From: Candidatus Zixiibacteriota bacterium
GTDB taxonomy: Bacteria; Zixibacteria; MSB-5A5; GN15; JAAZOE01
Length of the DNA: 64,000 bases
NCBI GenBank assembly: GCA_043819555.1
Contig: JBDREQ010000009.1
Span: 64,001-128,000, forward strand
Direction of reading: 5' to 3'
The translations under genes were made by a program, and so were the position numbers. The notes under the pieces were generated by a model. It did no database searches and was not told where the DNA came from. It was given only the letters and a program-made list of their open reading frames with translations. Below, piece by piece: positions 41,526 through 52,852 of this stretch (the first letter of the stretch is position 1; the number at the start of each line of letters is the position of its first letter).

Positions 41526-42065
41526 TCAACTTTCAAGCAGTTCGACATTATATCCGCCCAGTGATTGCAGGAGCTCTTTAGTTTTATCCGGATCGAAATC
41601 CTTATCGCCTTTTTCCACGCTTACAAAGAAACAATCGATACTACAAGCCGCGAACCGTTCCGAATAAAATACCGGATGATGCAGGCGAGGAAGTCCGTTA
41701 ATCGCCAGCATTCCGATCGACGCCGTAAAGGCGCTGGCCAGAACCGCCAATGCAAAAGTCACAAATAAATAGGCGTGGTAACTAAAAAAAGGCTTGCCGG
41801 ATATTATGATTGGATAATCTATTGCGCTTGTCCACCACTGCAGAGCCAGCGCTCCGATCCCGCCTATTAAGGCCATTAAACCGACCATCCACCCCAGAGG
41901 CGACCGTTTCAATCCCATCGCTTCGTCCATTCCATGAATCGGAAACGGCGAATGACAATCGAATTTTGTCAGTCCGGCATCACGCAATTTCTCCGCCGCG
42001 CGCAAAAGGACCAGCGGATTATCAAACTGGGCCAGCATACCATGAATCTTTTTCTGGCTACTCAT
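41526..42065 (-). CDS. actD: Alternative complex III subunit ActD (DUF3341)
   Basis: [23 protein letters not shown] and GLPRLHHP motifs. Confidence 0.9.
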   Translation of the reverse strand: MSSQKKIHGMLAQFDNPLVLLRAAEKLRDAGLTKFDCHSPFPIHGMDEAMGLKRSPLGWMVGLMALIGGIGALALQWWTSAIDYPIIISGKPFFSYHAYLFVTFALAVLASAFTASIGMLAINGLPRLHHPVFYSERFAACSIDCFFVSVEKGDKDFDPDKTKELLQSLGGYNVELLES

Positions 42066-43449
42066 CGCCCGTCCCCTTCCCGTGCGATTCATAATAATGA
42101 GGATTGGCTTCCGGCAAGACTCCCTTCACCTCCGACATGGCGATAATCGGCACGAATCGGATGAAGAGTAAAAACAGCGTGAAGAACAATCCGAACGACC
42201 CGACAAATGTGCTGATATCCCAAAATGTGGGACGGAAATAATCCCAGCTCGACGGAAGAAAATCATTTGCCAGCGAGGAGACAACAATCACAAACCGTTC
42301 AAACCACATACCAACATTGATAAAGATTGAAGCGACAAACATTACCGGAATTGAGCGGCGCAGTTTCTTGAACCAGAAAAGCTGAGGCACAATCACATTG
42401 CACGATATCATTGTCCAATAAGCCCAGGCATAAGGACCGGTGGCGCGATTAATAAACACAAACTGTTCATATAAATTGCCGCTATACCAGGCGATGAAAA
42501 ATTCTATCGAATAGGCATATCCGACCATCATTCCCGTCAAAAGCATTATTTTGTTCATCCGTTCCAGATGGCGGATGGTGATATAATCTTCGAGGGCAAA
42601 TATCTTGCGAACGATTATCGAAAGCGTCATGACCATCGCGAATCCGGAAAAGATTGCACCGGCCACAAAATACGGCGGGAAAATCGTCGTATGCCACCCC
42701 GGTAAAATACTAGTCGCAAAGTCGGTCGAGACAACCGAATGCACGGAAAGAACCAAAGGCGTTGAAACTCCGGCCAAAATTAAATAGGCCAGTTCATAAT
42801 GTTTCCATTGCCGGTTGCCGCCGCGCCATCCAACGGAAAATATTCCAAAGGCAATTTTTCGAATTTTCTTTTTGGCCCGATCGCGAAGCGTCGCCAGATC
42901 GGGAATTAGTCCGACATACCAGAACAAAAGCGAGGCGGTAAAGTAAGTTCCGACCGCAAACACATCCCACAACAGGGGACTGCGGAAATTCGGCCACATC
43001 TCCATCTGATTGGGAATGGGAAACAGATAATACGCTATCCAAATTCGCCCAACATGAATACCGGGAAATATCAAGGCGCAAATTACGGCAAACAACGTCA
43101 TCGCTTCGGCGAATCGATTAATCGACGTCCGCCATTTTTGCCGGAGCAAAAATAATATCGCTGAAATCAGGGTGCCGGCATGGCCAATTCCGACCCAGAA
43201 AACAAAATTCACAATCGCCCAACCCCAGCCAACGGGATTATTCAAACCCCAAATCCCGATACCTTCCCAGACCAGATAGCCTATCGAAATAAACAGAAGC
43301 AATGTCAGAGCGCTCGAAATGGTGATAGCGGCATACCACCACTTCGAAACTTTCTGCTCGCTTACTTTTGAGATGCGTTCGGAAATTATTCCAAACGATT
43401 GTTGACCGTCAAGCAGCTGTTCTGTTTCTGTTTTCTCGATTGTACTCAA
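42058..43449 (-). CDS. actC: Alternative complex III quinol-binding subunit ActC (NrfD family)
   Basis: [29 protein letters not shown] and [24 protein letters not shown] motifs. TTG start. Confidence 0.95.
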   Translation of the reverse strand: MSTIEKTETEQLLDGQQSFGIISERISKVSEQKVSKWWYAAITISSALTLLLFISIGYLVWEGIGIWGLNNPVGWGWAIVNFVFWVGIGHAGTLISAILFLLRQKWRTSINRFAEAMTLFAVICALIFPGIHVGRIWIAYYLFPIPNQMEMWPNFRSPLLWDVFAVGTYFTASLLFWYVGLIPDLATLRDRAKKKIRKIAFGIFSVGWRGGNRQWKHYELAYLILAGVSTPLVLSVHSVVSTDFATSILPGWHTTIFPPYFVAGAIFSGFAMVMTLSIIVRKIFALEDYITIRHLERMNKIMLLTGMMVGYAYSIEFFIAWYSGNLYEQFVFINRATGPYAWAYWTMISCNVIVPQLFWFKKLRRSIPVMFVASIFINVGMWFERFVIVVSSLANDFLPSSWDYFRPTFWDISTFVGSFGLFFTLFLLFIRFVPIIAMSEVKGVLPEANPHYYESHGKGTGDE

Positions 43450-43463
43450 GTTTTTGTTATACC

Positions 43464-46436
43464 TTATTGTCCCCGGTTTGTTTTATATCCCACCAATTTT
43501 GGATTCGGATTTCGCACCCGCGCCAGATATGAGTTTCTTGGCCGAACATTAAGCTCGGCCAGAAGCTCATAATTCAAATTATCTTTTTTCTTTAATGCGA
43601 CTGCGCTTTCAGGGTCGTTGATATTGCCAAATGTTATCGCCTCGGTCGGACAGGCTTGCTGGCAGGCGCTGACAATCTCACCATCACTAAGCTCACGTCC
43701 TTCTTTCCTGGCCGATATCTTTCCACGATTGATGCGCTGGGTACAGAATGTGCATTTTTCCATCACGCCCCGGAATCGAACCGTTACGTCCGGATTCATG
43801 GCCATCTTTACAATTTCCGGAGTTTTACTCGTGTAATTAAAGAAATTGAACCGCCGCACCTTATAAGGACAGTTGTTGGAACAATAGCGCGTCCCCACAC
43901 AACGGTTATAGGTCATGACATTGAGACCTTCTTTATCATGCGATGTCGCCTGCACCGGACAAACTTGCTCGCAAGGGGCATTCTCGCAATGCTGACAGGC
44001 AACCGGCTGGAACAATGCTTTGGGATCCTCGGTATCGCCGGTAAAATAACGATCCAGACGAATCCAGTGCATCTCCCGGCCATTTCCAACCTGTTCTTTG
44101 CCCACCACGGGAATATTATTTTCACTCTGACACGCAATCGTACAGACATTGCATCCGATACACTTACTCAAATCAATCGTCATGCCCCACTGATAACCTG
44201 CGCTGTAATCATGCTCGGGATAAATATTTCTAAGCGGCGGATGCGACTCGGCGTCTTTGGCAAAATCCGGATTGTGTTTGTATTCGTCGAGATTCGCCTC
44301 TCTAACAAGTGGACGTCCCTCCATGCTGCCATGATCCTGAGTTGATGCCAGGGGATACACTTTACCTGTTTTGGAAACCTTCACGCCATTAATATAGTCA
44401 AGCTGACCGAATTTTCTCATTCCATAGATGTTGACTCCGACGCCGTTGCCGACTCGTCCGGCATGAGAACGCCCATAACCAACTTCAACGGCAATTGAAT
44501 AATCCGGCTGTCCTGGCAATATCCAAATTGGTAATTCGATTGATTCATTATTGGCATCAATTTTGATAATATCACCGTTTGTAACATCCAATTCACTGGC
44601 GCTTTTTGGGCTAAGATATACTGCATTACCCCAGGTTAGCTTTGATATCGGATGCGGTAATTCCTGAAGCCAGCCATTATTGGCGTAACGTCCATCATAT
44701 ACAGCGGGCGATATATTAAACGTCAATTCCAGAGAATTGACTGAGTGCTCGGTATCAAAACCTATAATTGATGATACTTCCGCGTTTTTCAATTTCTCCG
44801 GTTTATTTTGACTGTCAGTCAAAACCCCATCATGTAAAACCCGTCGCCATTTCTTTTCAAAATTGCTTTTGAGAATGTCCCGCCATGTTTCCCGAACAAT
44901 CTCATAACCCCGTCTATCAGTACCGTCGATTATAGTAGTGAAAACCTCAATATCGCTTTTTCCTCCAAATAACGGCTCGATCAATGGCTGAATAATGCTT
45001 TTGGTCCCATTGATTGCCGATGCATCTCCCCAATACTCTAAGAAATGCGCCCGATGAATATGCCAAGTTACATTTTGCGATGTTTCGTTGATATGCGAAC
45101 TTAGATGAACCGTATTGGGAACTCTACTAATGACATCTGAAAATTCCGGAGTATGATAAACCGGATTTCCTCCCAGAATTATTAATGTGTCAATTTTTCC
45201 GGAAATGGAATCATCTATTAAAGATTGATAATCCCCGGCATCTGAGATTTTAACATCGTCAGCAGGATAATATGTAGCGGTTTTATTAGTGTTTCCCAGT
45301 TCATCATTTATGGCGGCGATTAATTCATGCGTATTTTGAGAGAGAGTTTGGCCTCCAATGACCAAACTATGTCCACGATTCCCAATTAAATCTTCTGCAA
45401 CTGCTCCCAACCAATCGTCATCCCATGAATCAACCGGGATCTTCATTAGGAAACCGTTTAACTTTATTTCAATACCTCTATCTTTCAATTCAAAATAAAG
45501 GCCGGTCACATAATGCTCAATAAGCTGTCTCGAAAGTCGTAATCGGTGGTCAGCCATCGCTCCGGTCGAGGTAAACGATGATTCAATCATATACAATCGA
45601 TTAATATCGTCCTGACCCCCAGTGACATCTCTGCCCTTTGAGAATCGCTTAGCCGCAAGAACGCTTTCGCTTTCGGTCAGCAGAAAATCAGAATCAAACG
45701 AAAGGATAACTTTGGCTTCATCATATAGATAATCCGGTCGGTAAGTTTTGTTTGTATTGAATGCCTTTTGTATGCCTCGATAAATATTCTCGTTGCCAAT
45801 CGGTTCGTAGGCAACGATTTTTGCTTTGGGAAATTTGCGTATAAACTCTTTTTGCAATCGCGCCATAGTCGGCGACGCAAACGGTTCGGTCAAAATTGCA
45901 AGACCTTCGCCTTTATTGAGAACAGACTCCTCCCGCTTCTTTCTCCAGTATGATACAAACTCATCCCAACTCGACCCGGCCATATTATTTAAGACCTTTT
46001 TGGACCTGTCGGGATCATACAGATTCAATATTTCCGCCTGCATCCAGACATTCGAACTGCCCAATGTTGACGGATGCAGTTTATTGCCTTCAATCTTAGT
46101 CGGGCGTCCTTCATGGCTTTCAACTACGATACCAAATGACGAAGAACCGAACGGCATCGTCGTGGCGTAATATTTGGGTATTCCCGGAACAATTTCTTCC
46201 GGCTGAACCACGTAAGGAATTACTTTCTCAACCGGCCTGCGGCACCCGGCCAACCCGGCCAGAGCCATCGAAGCCGCCATAATTCCCAGGAATTTCCTGC
46301 GGCTGACTGGATTTTGTATTTCGGGCAATAAATCGGGGAATTCCGCCTCGACATGTTTTATATACTCGGGAGAATCGGCCAGATGATCAAGGCTGCGCCA
46401 GTATTCCTTGCCGTTATTCTTAAGTCTATTAGTCAT
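43464..46436 (-). CDS. actB: Alternative complex III subunit ActB (molybdopterin-oxidoreductase-like plus Fe-S domain)
   Basis: YWRSL, Tat signal [16 protein letters not shown]; Cys motifs [37 protein letters not shown] overlap with actA. Confidence 0.93.
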   Translation of the reverse strand: MTNRLKNNGKEYWRSLDHLADSPEYIKHVEAEFPDLLPEIQNPVSRRKFLGIMAASMALAGLAGCRRPVEKVIPYVVQPEEIVPGIPKYYATTMPFGSSSFGIVVESHEGRPTKIEGNKLHPSTLGSSNVWMQAEILNLYDPDRSKKVLNNMAGSSWDEFVSYWRKKREESVLNKGEGLAILTEPFASPTMARLQKEFIRKFPKAKIVAYEPIGNENIYRGIQKAFNTNKTYRPDYLYDEAKVILSFDSDFLLTESESVLAAKRFSKGRDVTGGQDDINRLYMIESSFTSTGAMADHRLRLSRQLIEHYVTGLYFELKDRGIEIKLNGFLMKIPVDSWDDDWLGAVAEDLIGNRGHSLVIGGQTLSQNTHELIAAINDELGNTNKTATYYPADDVKISDAGDYQSLIDDSISGKIDTLIILGGNPVYHTPEFSDVISRVPNTVHLSSHINETSQNVTWHIHRAHFLEYWGDASAINGTKSIIQPLIEPLFGGKSDIEVFTTIIDGTDRRGYEIVRETWRDILKSNFEKKWRRVLHDGVLTDSQNKPEKLKNAEVSSIIGFDTEHSVNSLELTFNISPAVYDGRYANNGWLQELPHPISKLTWGNAVYLSPKSASELDVTNGDIIKIDANNESIELPIWILPGQPDYSIAVEVGYGRSHAGRVGNGVGVNIYGMRKFGQLDYINGVKVSKTGKVYPLASTQDHGSMEGRPLVREANLDEYKHNPDFAKDAESHPPLRNIYPEHDYSAGYQWGMTIDLSKCIGCNVCTIACQSENNIPVVGKEQVGNGREMHWIRLDRYFTGDTEDPKALFQPVACQHCENAPCEQVCPVQATSHDKEGLNVMTYNRCVGTRYCSNNCPYKVRRFNFFNYTSKTPEIVKMAMNPDVTVRFRGVMEKCTFCTQRINRGKISARKEGRELSDGEIVSACQQACPTEAITFGNINDPESAVALKKKDNLNYELLAELNVRPRNSYLARVRNPNPKLVGYKTNRGQ

Positions 46437-47080
46437 CGATGGCACCCCGAACAATCAAGGGGCGGATTTATATTTTTCTCTTTTATCATTTTTTCCGCAA
46501 AATCTTTTTGATGGGCTGGAGCTATCCAGTTCATATTGGTTAATTCTTCCTTTGGGCGCAGATGATTATTGGGATTTCGATGACAATCCAGACACCACCC
46601 CATCGACAAAGGCTTAACCTGCATCACTACCGCCATTTCGGCAATATTACCATGACAGCTCAAGCATCCCACCCCGGCATTAAGATGAGCGCTGTGATCA
46701 AAATAAACGTAATCGGGCAAATCATGGATTTTAATCCATTCGATAGGCGTTTTATTGGCCCAGCTTTCGCGCACCGGAAGAAGTTTTTCCGATTCCGGCA
46801 ATATTAATTTATGGCAATTCATACATGTTTGAGTTGGCGGGATGTTGGCTTTGGGAGAAATTTCCACATTGGTATGGCAATAACGGCAATCTATCCCGAG
46901 GTCGCCGGCATGAAGTTTATGGCTATAAGCTACCGGCTGTTTGGGCCGATATCCGACATCGGTATATTTGGGTGAACCATAATACCAGAAAAATCCGGTC
47001 ACCATTATTGCCATTGCGGCAATCCCCGCAACCGCATAAGTCGGTAATTTATTTGTCCATTCTGGAAATATCTGTGCCAA
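46433..47080 (-). CDS. actA: Alternative complex III pentaheme cytochrome c ActA
   Basis: Five CxxCH motifs, MAQIFP N-terminus, TM anchor. Confidence 0.93.
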   Translation of the reverse strand: MAQIFPEWTNKLPTYAVAGIAAMAIMVTGFFWYYGSPKYTDVGYRPKQPVAYSHKLHAGDLGIDCRYCHTNVEISPKANIPPTQTCMNCHKLILPESEKLLPVRESWANKTPIEWIKIHDLPDYVYFDHSAHLNAGVGCLSCHGNIAEMAVVMQVKPLSMGWCLDCHRNPNNHLRPKEELTNMNWIAPAHQKDFAEKMIKEKNINPPLDCSGCHR

Positions 47081-47095
47081 TTTCTTACCCTGTTA

Positions 47096-48100
47096 TTAAA
47101 TCAGAAACCGCTTAAGTACCGCATCTCCGATAATCGCCATAAATAGGCCGAACAGATAAATCAATGAAAATTTGAATATTCCCCAATATGCTTCACTGCT
47201 TTTATACCGCCAGGCTTTGATAATCTTAATAGCGAAGATTACGCCCAGACCTACCGCACTCACGCCGAATAACCACCCGCCCCAAAATACAAATAATAAG
47301 CCGCTGGTCATAAACAGTAACGAGGCGTGAATTGAAATCTGAGTGAGAGCCGAAACTTCGCCTTTGACATTCGGGAGCATCGGCAGTTTTACTTTATCAT
47401 AATCATCGCGAAATTTCAGCGCCAGAGCCCAAAAATGCGGAGGCGTCCAGAAAAAAATTATCAAAAACATCAACCAGCAGACAAGCGACGTTTCCCCCGT
47501 CGCCGCGGCCCAGGCTCCGATCGGAGCCATCGCGCCGGCAATTCCGCCGATTACTATATTCTGAGATGTATTCGGTTTGAGCCAGAGAGTATAAAAAAGG
47601 CTATAGAATAAAATCGTCGCAAGAGATAATCCAGCCGTTAAGATATTAAATGTCACGGCTAGTAGCGCTACACCCGAAGTGCCCAGTATTATTGAAAACA
47701 GCACAGCTGACCATGGACTGATTTTTCCCATTGGAAGGGGACGCCGACTGCTCGTCCGTAACATTCGCTTATCAATATCACGCTCAAAATACTGGTTAAA
47801 AGCGTTTGCCGCTCCGCCTGTCATATACAGGCCCAACAAAAACAGTAAAAATTTAAGCGGCTGATTTACAAGATTACCTTCAACTATCAACGCTGCCGCC
47901 CCGGTAAATAAAACCATGAACATTATCGCAGGCTTGGTCAATAGTATTAAATACCCTAGAGTTCGAACAGATTGACTGAATCCGGCTAACCGTTGGGATG
48001 CAAATCCAGTACCGGCCACTTCTGCGATTCTGACATTTGAAATCGGAGCTGTTAAAGAAATATCCCTAATTTTACCCCTGCCTATTGTGGATTCATTCAT
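47096..48100 (-). CDS. ctaB: Protoheme IX farnesyltransferase (heme O synthase)
   Basis: LTKP, ERDIDKRMLRT..RPLP, NIVIGGIAGA and WTPPHFWALA motifs. Confidence 0.95.
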   Translation of the reverse strand: MNESTIGRGKIRDISLTAPISNVRIAEVAGTGFASQRLAGFSQSVRTLGYLILLTKPAIMFMVLFTGAAALIVEGNLVNQPLKFLLFLLGLYMTGGAANAFNQYFERDIDKRMLRTSSRRPLPMGKISPWSAVLFSIILGTSGVALLAVTFNILTAGLSLATILFYSLFYTLWLKPNTSQNIVIGGIAGAMAPIGAWAAATGETSLVCWLMFLIIFFWTPPHFWALALKFRDDYDKVKLPMLPNVKGEVSALTQISIHASLLFMTSGLLFVFWGGWLFGVSAVGLGVIFAIKIIKAWRYKSSEAYWGIFKFSLIYLFGLFMAIIGDAVLKRFLI

Positions 48101-48332
48101 TGCCGCATCTCATTTCATAGAATTCAAAGACCACATTAAACGTATTTACGATTGCGCCCTGCAATTATTTGATCATTTCTGGCCAAAACCATAGAACATG
48201 GACAATTGTTCCCCCTATTCAGACACCGGGAAGCAATAAATTGCATCAATGATTTAAATTTTTATCATAAAATCCCATAAGAATATAAGAATATGCAACC
48301 ATTCAGGGCAAGGCGTTTAATCGGACATTTAT

Positions 48333-48370
48333 AAAATAAAAATACCCGGGGAACTGGGGATTCCCCGGGT
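48333..48370 (-). terminator. Intrinsic terminator of the 48413-48778 gene
   Basis: ACCCGGGGAA-N7-TTCCCCGGGT stem, followed on the minus strand by ATTTTTATTTT. Confidence 0.75.
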
Positions 48371-48412
48371 GAGGCAAAGGTATATATAGCGTAAACAGGA
48401 TTTTTATTCAGG

Positions 48413-48778
48413 CTATTCCGTCTTTTGCTCCGGATGGTCCTGCATATGCTTTTTTCTGAGCGAACCGGCTACAAAGTAGTAAATCAAAAGTCCGGCCCCG
48501 GCCGCGACCAATATTACTCCAAAAATCATTTCGGGTTCTACATAACCGGGGAAAACCTGAATTACTAAAAGGCTTAGACCCACCAGTATGAAAACCAATC
48601 CCCACTTCAAGGAAGTTGGAGTGTATTTTTCATAATTGTTGAAATTTAAGAACTTAACCTTTTCATCAACCATCCCTCGATTAATAAGTTTTGATTTCAA
48701 CAGGTACTCAAGCCAGCATTTTAGCATAAACGCGAACACTCCGAATATTACGGGGACAATAATTATTTCTGTATCCAT
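48413..48778 (-). CDS. Small membrane protein (DUF6249-like), divergent from the ECF sigma gene
   Basis: Three hydrophobic segments, SLKWGLV..LVGL motif, AAGGAG SD. Confidence 0.7.
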   Translation of the reverse strand: MDTEIIIVPVIFGVFAFMLKCWLEYLLKSKLINRGMVDEKVKFLNFNNYEKYTPTSLKWGLVFILVGLSLLVIQVFPGYVEPEMIFGVILVAAGAGLLIYYFVAGSLRKKHMQDHPEQKTE

Positions 48779-48818
48779 TGGTTTCTCCTTTACATTTAAT
48801 TTTGTTTTCTAACCATCA

Positions 48819-48893
48819 GACCGAGATCCGCCGCAATTGTTGCAATTTTTTTTATCTTCATATTTCCTGCAACTTTTACTTATTTGTTCTGTC
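48819..48893. promoter_or_regulatory. Back-to-back ECF sigma promoters
   Basis: Plus strand TGCAAC-N17-GTC (48868-48893) and minus strand TGCAAC-N17-GTC (48844-48819). Confidence 0.7.
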
Positions 48894-48910
48894 AAATAGG
48901 GTGGCGATAT

Positions 48911-49477
48911 ATGATTGACTCAAAAAGGCTGGTTCATAAGATTTTGGCTGGAAACAAATCGGCCTTCCGTGATTTGATAAATCAATACCAACGCCTTGTC
49001 AGTCATATAGTTTATCGAATGATAAAACGGGAGACGGACCAGGAAGATATTTGTCAGGAGGTCTTTATTAAAGTGTATCAGAATCTTGGAAATTTCCGCT
49101 TCGATTGCAAACTCTCGACCTGGATAGCCAGAATCTCCTACACTACCTGTCTGAATTTTCTGGAAAAGAAAAAACTTCCGTTTTATGAAGATTTGGGAGA
49201 TGAGGGCAGTTCGTTTGAACCGGCTGACAGCCAAGTCAAAAGGCCTGATTATCAGTTTGCTCAAAAGGATATTTCTTCTATATTAAAGCAGGAAATTGAA
49301 AATATCCCGCCGGTTTATCAGACGATTGTGACTTTATATCATATTGATGAAATGAGTTACACCGAAATCGCCGATATAATGAAAATGCCGGAAGGAACCG
49401 TAAAAAGTTATCTTTTTCGAGCCCGGCGCATGTTAAAAGATAAATTGCTGACAAAATATAATCGGGAGGAATTGTGA
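48911..49477 (+). CDS. ECF RNA polymerase sigma factor (SigW/RpoE-like)
   Basis: Region 2 EDICQEVFIKVY...KLSTWIARI; region 4 SYTEIADIMKMPEGTVKSYLFRAR. Confidence 0.92.
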   Translation: MIDSKRLVHKILAGNKSAFRDLINQYQRLVSHIVYRMIKRETDQEDICQEVFIKVYQNLGNFRFDCKLSTWIARISYTTCLNFLEKKKLPFYEDLGDEGSSFEPADSQVKRPDYQFAQKDISSILKQEIENIPPVYQTIVTLYHIDEMSYTEIADIMKMPEGTVKSYLFRARRMLKDKLLTKYNREEL

Positions 49478-50013
49478 ACCGAGACCATTTGACAGATGAG
49501 CAAATACAGGGATTTCTTGATCGAAGCATAATCCTGGACGACGAAACCGCCTTCCACCTGAACACCTGCCCCCAATGCCAGCAGGTTTTATCAGACTATA
49601 AGGCTGTTATTGCCGGACTGTCCGAAGAACCCGAAATGGCTCTTTCCGCCAGTTTTGCCGATTCTGTCATCGAAAAGATTCCCGAATTGAATCAATTTGA
49701 AAGCGAAGAAAAATCAAAATTCTTTATTTTTGGAGAAAAAGCTATCGCGGCGGTTTTTGCCGTCGTTGTCATCGCGGCAGCAATTTACTTTATCAACTTC
49801 GAACAAATTTTCGCTAATCTGGCGAACTCGTTTGCGGCCTCGGAGACCACTTCCAGTTCATCATTGACCTGGTTCGAAAGTAAATTATCGGAATTCGGCA
49901 AATTCCCCCTATTGGCGCTGTTCACGTTCCTGACTTTTGCCCTCATAGCGGGAATCGACAGCTTTGTTAAACATCAACGAAAACAATCCAGTTTGAGAAT
50001 TTTCAGCGTATAA
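49474..50013 (+). CDS. Zinc-finger (ZAS) anti-sigma factor with TM helices
   Basis: HL...HLNTCPQC (HxxxCxxC), two TM segments, GTGA overlap with the sigma gene. Confidence 0.85.
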   Translation: MNRDHLTDEQIQGFLDRSIILDDETAFHLNTCPQCQQVLSDYKAVIAGLSEEPEMALSASFADSVIEKIPELNQFESEEKSKFFIFGEKAIAAVFAVVVIAAAIYFINFEQIFANLANSFAASETTSSSSLTWFESKLSEFGKFPLLALFTFLTFALIAGIDSFVKHQRKQSSLRIFSV

Positions 50014-50036
50014 TTTTTATAAAGATTTCTATGAAG

Positions 50037-50070
50037 AAAAGGCGAGTCGATTTCAGATTCGCCTTTTTTT
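50037..50070. terminator. Bidirectional intrinsic terminator
   Basis: AAAAGGCGAGTC-N7-GATTCGCCTTTTTTT. Confidence 0.8.
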
Positions 50071-50216
50071 GTATATATTCTATGGTAGACATCAATATTA
50101 GGTAGAGTCGAAACAAGATACACGGATTAAATTTATGGTTGTCATTTGAATTCCCCAAATTCTCTAATTGTGTTTGATTGCTTTTCCCCTGGTGCGTGAA
50201 ATTGGTATAGATTATT

Positions 50217-52820
50217 CTATAAACATGCGCATGGATCAGGTCCGCCGGAATATACAAAATTCTTCAAATATACCGCATCTCCAATATTTACAATCCCGTC
50301 GCAATTGGCGTCACCTGCTATTACCGGATCGGGAGGAGGACCATGTTTGAAGATGTGATTGATTAAATAAACTACATCTCCCGCGTTCACTAAACCATCG
50401 CCATTGGCATCTCCGCAGATGTAATACTGGTCTATCCCATGTTCGTACCAGATATCCTGCATCTCCGGCCTACTGCCGTGCGAAGGAGACTTGAACCACC
50501 CCAGCCAGAAATCATATATTCTATCAGGTTTGTGGCCGCTGACGGTTCGATTGACCAGAACATCAAGTATGTTATTCGGAGCATCGCTTAGAGCATCCCC
50601 AATACCATCAGGATTATATAGATTTGGCGGCGGTAAAGGCGGCCAGAGATAGGTACTGTAATCATCATCAATATTATCGTAGATATCCCATAAAATACTC
50701 GCCACCGAACCTTCACATTCCGCTCCATAGTTGTTGGCTGAATAATATGTAAGACCATCAACGCCGGTCTCACCATTTTCAGTATTGCGCCAATACATAC
50801 CGCTAAAATTGTAATTATAGTTACGCCACTCCGGATTGTTCATCAGCATATTTGGAAAGAATGTTGCAAAACCTTCCATCGCCGCCATTGCTGGCCCGAT
50901 AATTTCATTCCATTCATGTGGTCCACCGGAGGAATTGTCGAAAAAATATAAGTTGTGTTCAAGCCAGTGTGCATATTCATGGTACATGACCGATTTATCG
51001 TATGTATCGGGCCTGTATAAAGGATCGTCTCTGATCCCTTCAATATAGACATAGTCATCTTCCGAATTATAATGACTGCCAACGCCGTCGTCCGTATAAA
51101 CCACCTGGACAATATCGGGAGGGTATTGGCTTGTCCAATTGTACCAAGTATCAGATGCAGTCAAAATCGCATTAGCTATAAAAAATGGTCCGCTGGATCC
51201 AATATCGGCAACAATAGTTGTGTCATATTCTCCGCTAACAATGTCATCCACTGTCGGCGTTTGAATCATGTGAATATCTCCGTCGTAATCTTCAGTCACA
51301 TAACAGGCATCATTTTCGGCATATATGCGAAAGAAAATATCAAGACCTTTATAGATATCATCATTCTCAACTGGTCCTAATTCAAAATAACCAAATTCAT
51401 CTGTTGTCGTACTTGCCAGTAAATCATCGCCCGCAATATCTTCATCCCACATCTCTATTGTAACATTGCGCATCGAATCTTGTGTCGTAGTCGGCGGAAC
51501 GGGGTCCTGATAATAAAGATAGCCCGTATAAGTTATCGAATTCGAAACTGTAAACCAATACGGGCCGTCCCATAAAGGGAAATAAACATCATTACCTAAA
51601 TTGTAACTCCAAATCCATCCATGACCTCCGAACTTCGAAGAATCCAAGCATATAGTTTTTCCTTCTGAATAACTGTCAAATGGGCCTATGGTGATTGAAA
51701 ATGAGACTTCATCAAAATGGGCGGGCATTCCGGTCCCAGCGGTGTCAGCGTAAGCCAAATATGTTGCAGTATCGGTCCCTAATCCGTCCGCTCCAAAAAG
51801 CCTAACAGTAAAGGCCTTATTAAACATATCTTTCCAGCCAAGATTGAGCGTATCGGCTGAAAAATTTTGCCAATCAGCTCCATCCGGGGAATACACCTTA
51901 AAACCATTTGTTGGCCCATCCATAATATGTTCAGTGGGATTGTTTACTCGAAGGTAAAATGTTATTATCTCACCGGTCGGAAGAATGCCCGGCGTCGTTT
52001 CGCCATCGACATATTCAAGAGATATCCCCGGAAAGGAGTTATTGATACTGCTTTCCTGATTTTCTAAGCTGCCGTTTTGTTCCTCCAATTTCAAGGAATC
52101 CTTTAATGGTTGTTCTTCCGATTTTTTTCTAACTTCATCGAGTTCAATCCCAAATTCATGCAATTTTAGCACATTATCAAGTGTCATTTTCATTATATAA
52201 GTGCCCATTCTGTGTGGAATCTGGCAGGAATCCGGAATATGGCCAAGCAATTGCTCCGCATATTGAAAATGTGACTCATCCCGTAAATCTATCGCGATTT
52301 CATATTCCTTCTGAAGTTGTTCCTGGGTCAAAGTATCTCGATTGGGATCGCTTGATTTAGAATTATTTTTGGAAGGCTTAGGATCGAAATTGGCCAGAAA
52401 CTGAACCTCATCACCGGTCGTTATTATATCTCTGAATATTGGATATCCAATCATACCACATCCCAATAAAATGCACAATTCAGTAGTATCATTGTCCTGT
52501 ACCGTTACCTGAAATGCAGTTGAATACGAATGATCTTTATCAAATTGAACCGGCCATGTATTGACGGTTAGAGTATCCCGCTTCCGATATGTCAGGGTAA
52601 TAACTGTCACGTAACCGGTATCACCGCAAAAATAATATTTGGGTGTTAGACCGTATGTCAGATTTAGAGTTAATGGAGCATTTTTTTCCATTTCCCCAGC
52701 CGGTTCAAGCGATATATCAAATGGATGCGGCGGTGTCGAATCAGAATAACAGACATTCCCCACAGCCGCCAATATCAAAAATATTACCACCGATAACAAC
52801 GTTTTCCTATAACGTCGCAT
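50217..52820 (-). CDS. Secreted zinc metalloprotease (HExxH gluzincin-like) with beta-sandwich domains and C-terminal dockerin-like domain
   Basis: Signal peptide; YHEYAH and a downstream AMEGFATF Glu ligand; CGDANGDGLVNAGDVVYLINHIF...GDANCDGIVNIGDAVYL. AAGGAG SD. Confidence 0.8.
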   Translation of the reverse strand: MRRYRKTLLSVVIFLILAAVGNVCYSDSTPPHPFDISLEPAGEMEKNAPLTLNLTYGLTPKYYFCGDTGYVTVITLTYRKRDTLTVNTWPVQFDKDHSYSTAFQVTVQDNDTTELCILLGCGMIGYPIFRDIITTGDEVQFLANFDPKPSKNNSKSSDPNRDTLTQEQLQKEYEIAIDLRDESHFQYAEQLLGHIPDSCQIPHRMGTYIMKMTLDNVLKLHEFGIELDEVRKKSEEQPLKDSLKLEEQNGSLENQESSINNSFPGISLEYVDGETTPGILPTGEIITFYLRVNNPTEHIMDGPTNGFKVYSPDGADWQNFSADTLNLGWKDMFNKAFTVRLFGADGLGTDTATYLAYADTAGTGMPAHFDEVSFSITIGPFDSYSEGKTICLDSSKFGGHGWIWSYNLGNDVYFPLWDGPYWFTVSNSITYTGYLYYQDPVPPTTTQDSMRNVTIEMWDEDIAGDDLLASTTTDEFGYFELGPVENDDIYKGLDIFFRIYAENDACYVTEDYDGDIHMIQTPTVDDIVSGEYDTTIVADIGSSGPFFIANAILTASDTWYNWTSQYPPDIVQVVYTDDGVGSHYNSEDDYVYIEGIRDDPLYRPDTYDKSVMYHEYAHWLEHNLYFFDNSSGGPHEWNEIIGPAMAAMEGFATFFPNMLMNNPEWRNYNYNFSGMYWRNTENGETGVDGLTYYSANNYGAECEGSVASILWDIYDNIDDDYSTYLWPPLPPPNLYNPDGIGDALSDAPNNILDVLVNRTVSGHKPDRIYDFWLGWFKSPSHGSRPEMQDIWYEHGIDQYYICGDANGDGLVNAGDVVYLINHIFKHGPPPDPVIAGDANCDGIVNIGDAVYLKNFVYSGGPDPCACL

Positions 52821-52852
52821 AGTCTTTCTCCTTTCCGTTTTTTGTTAACTAG

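Noticed and set aside
43656..44345. 229-aa ORF antisense to actB, and similar shadow ORFs opposite uvrA, sthA, ctaD and tolC
   Set aside because: These are antisense shadows of well-conserved genes with no motifs.
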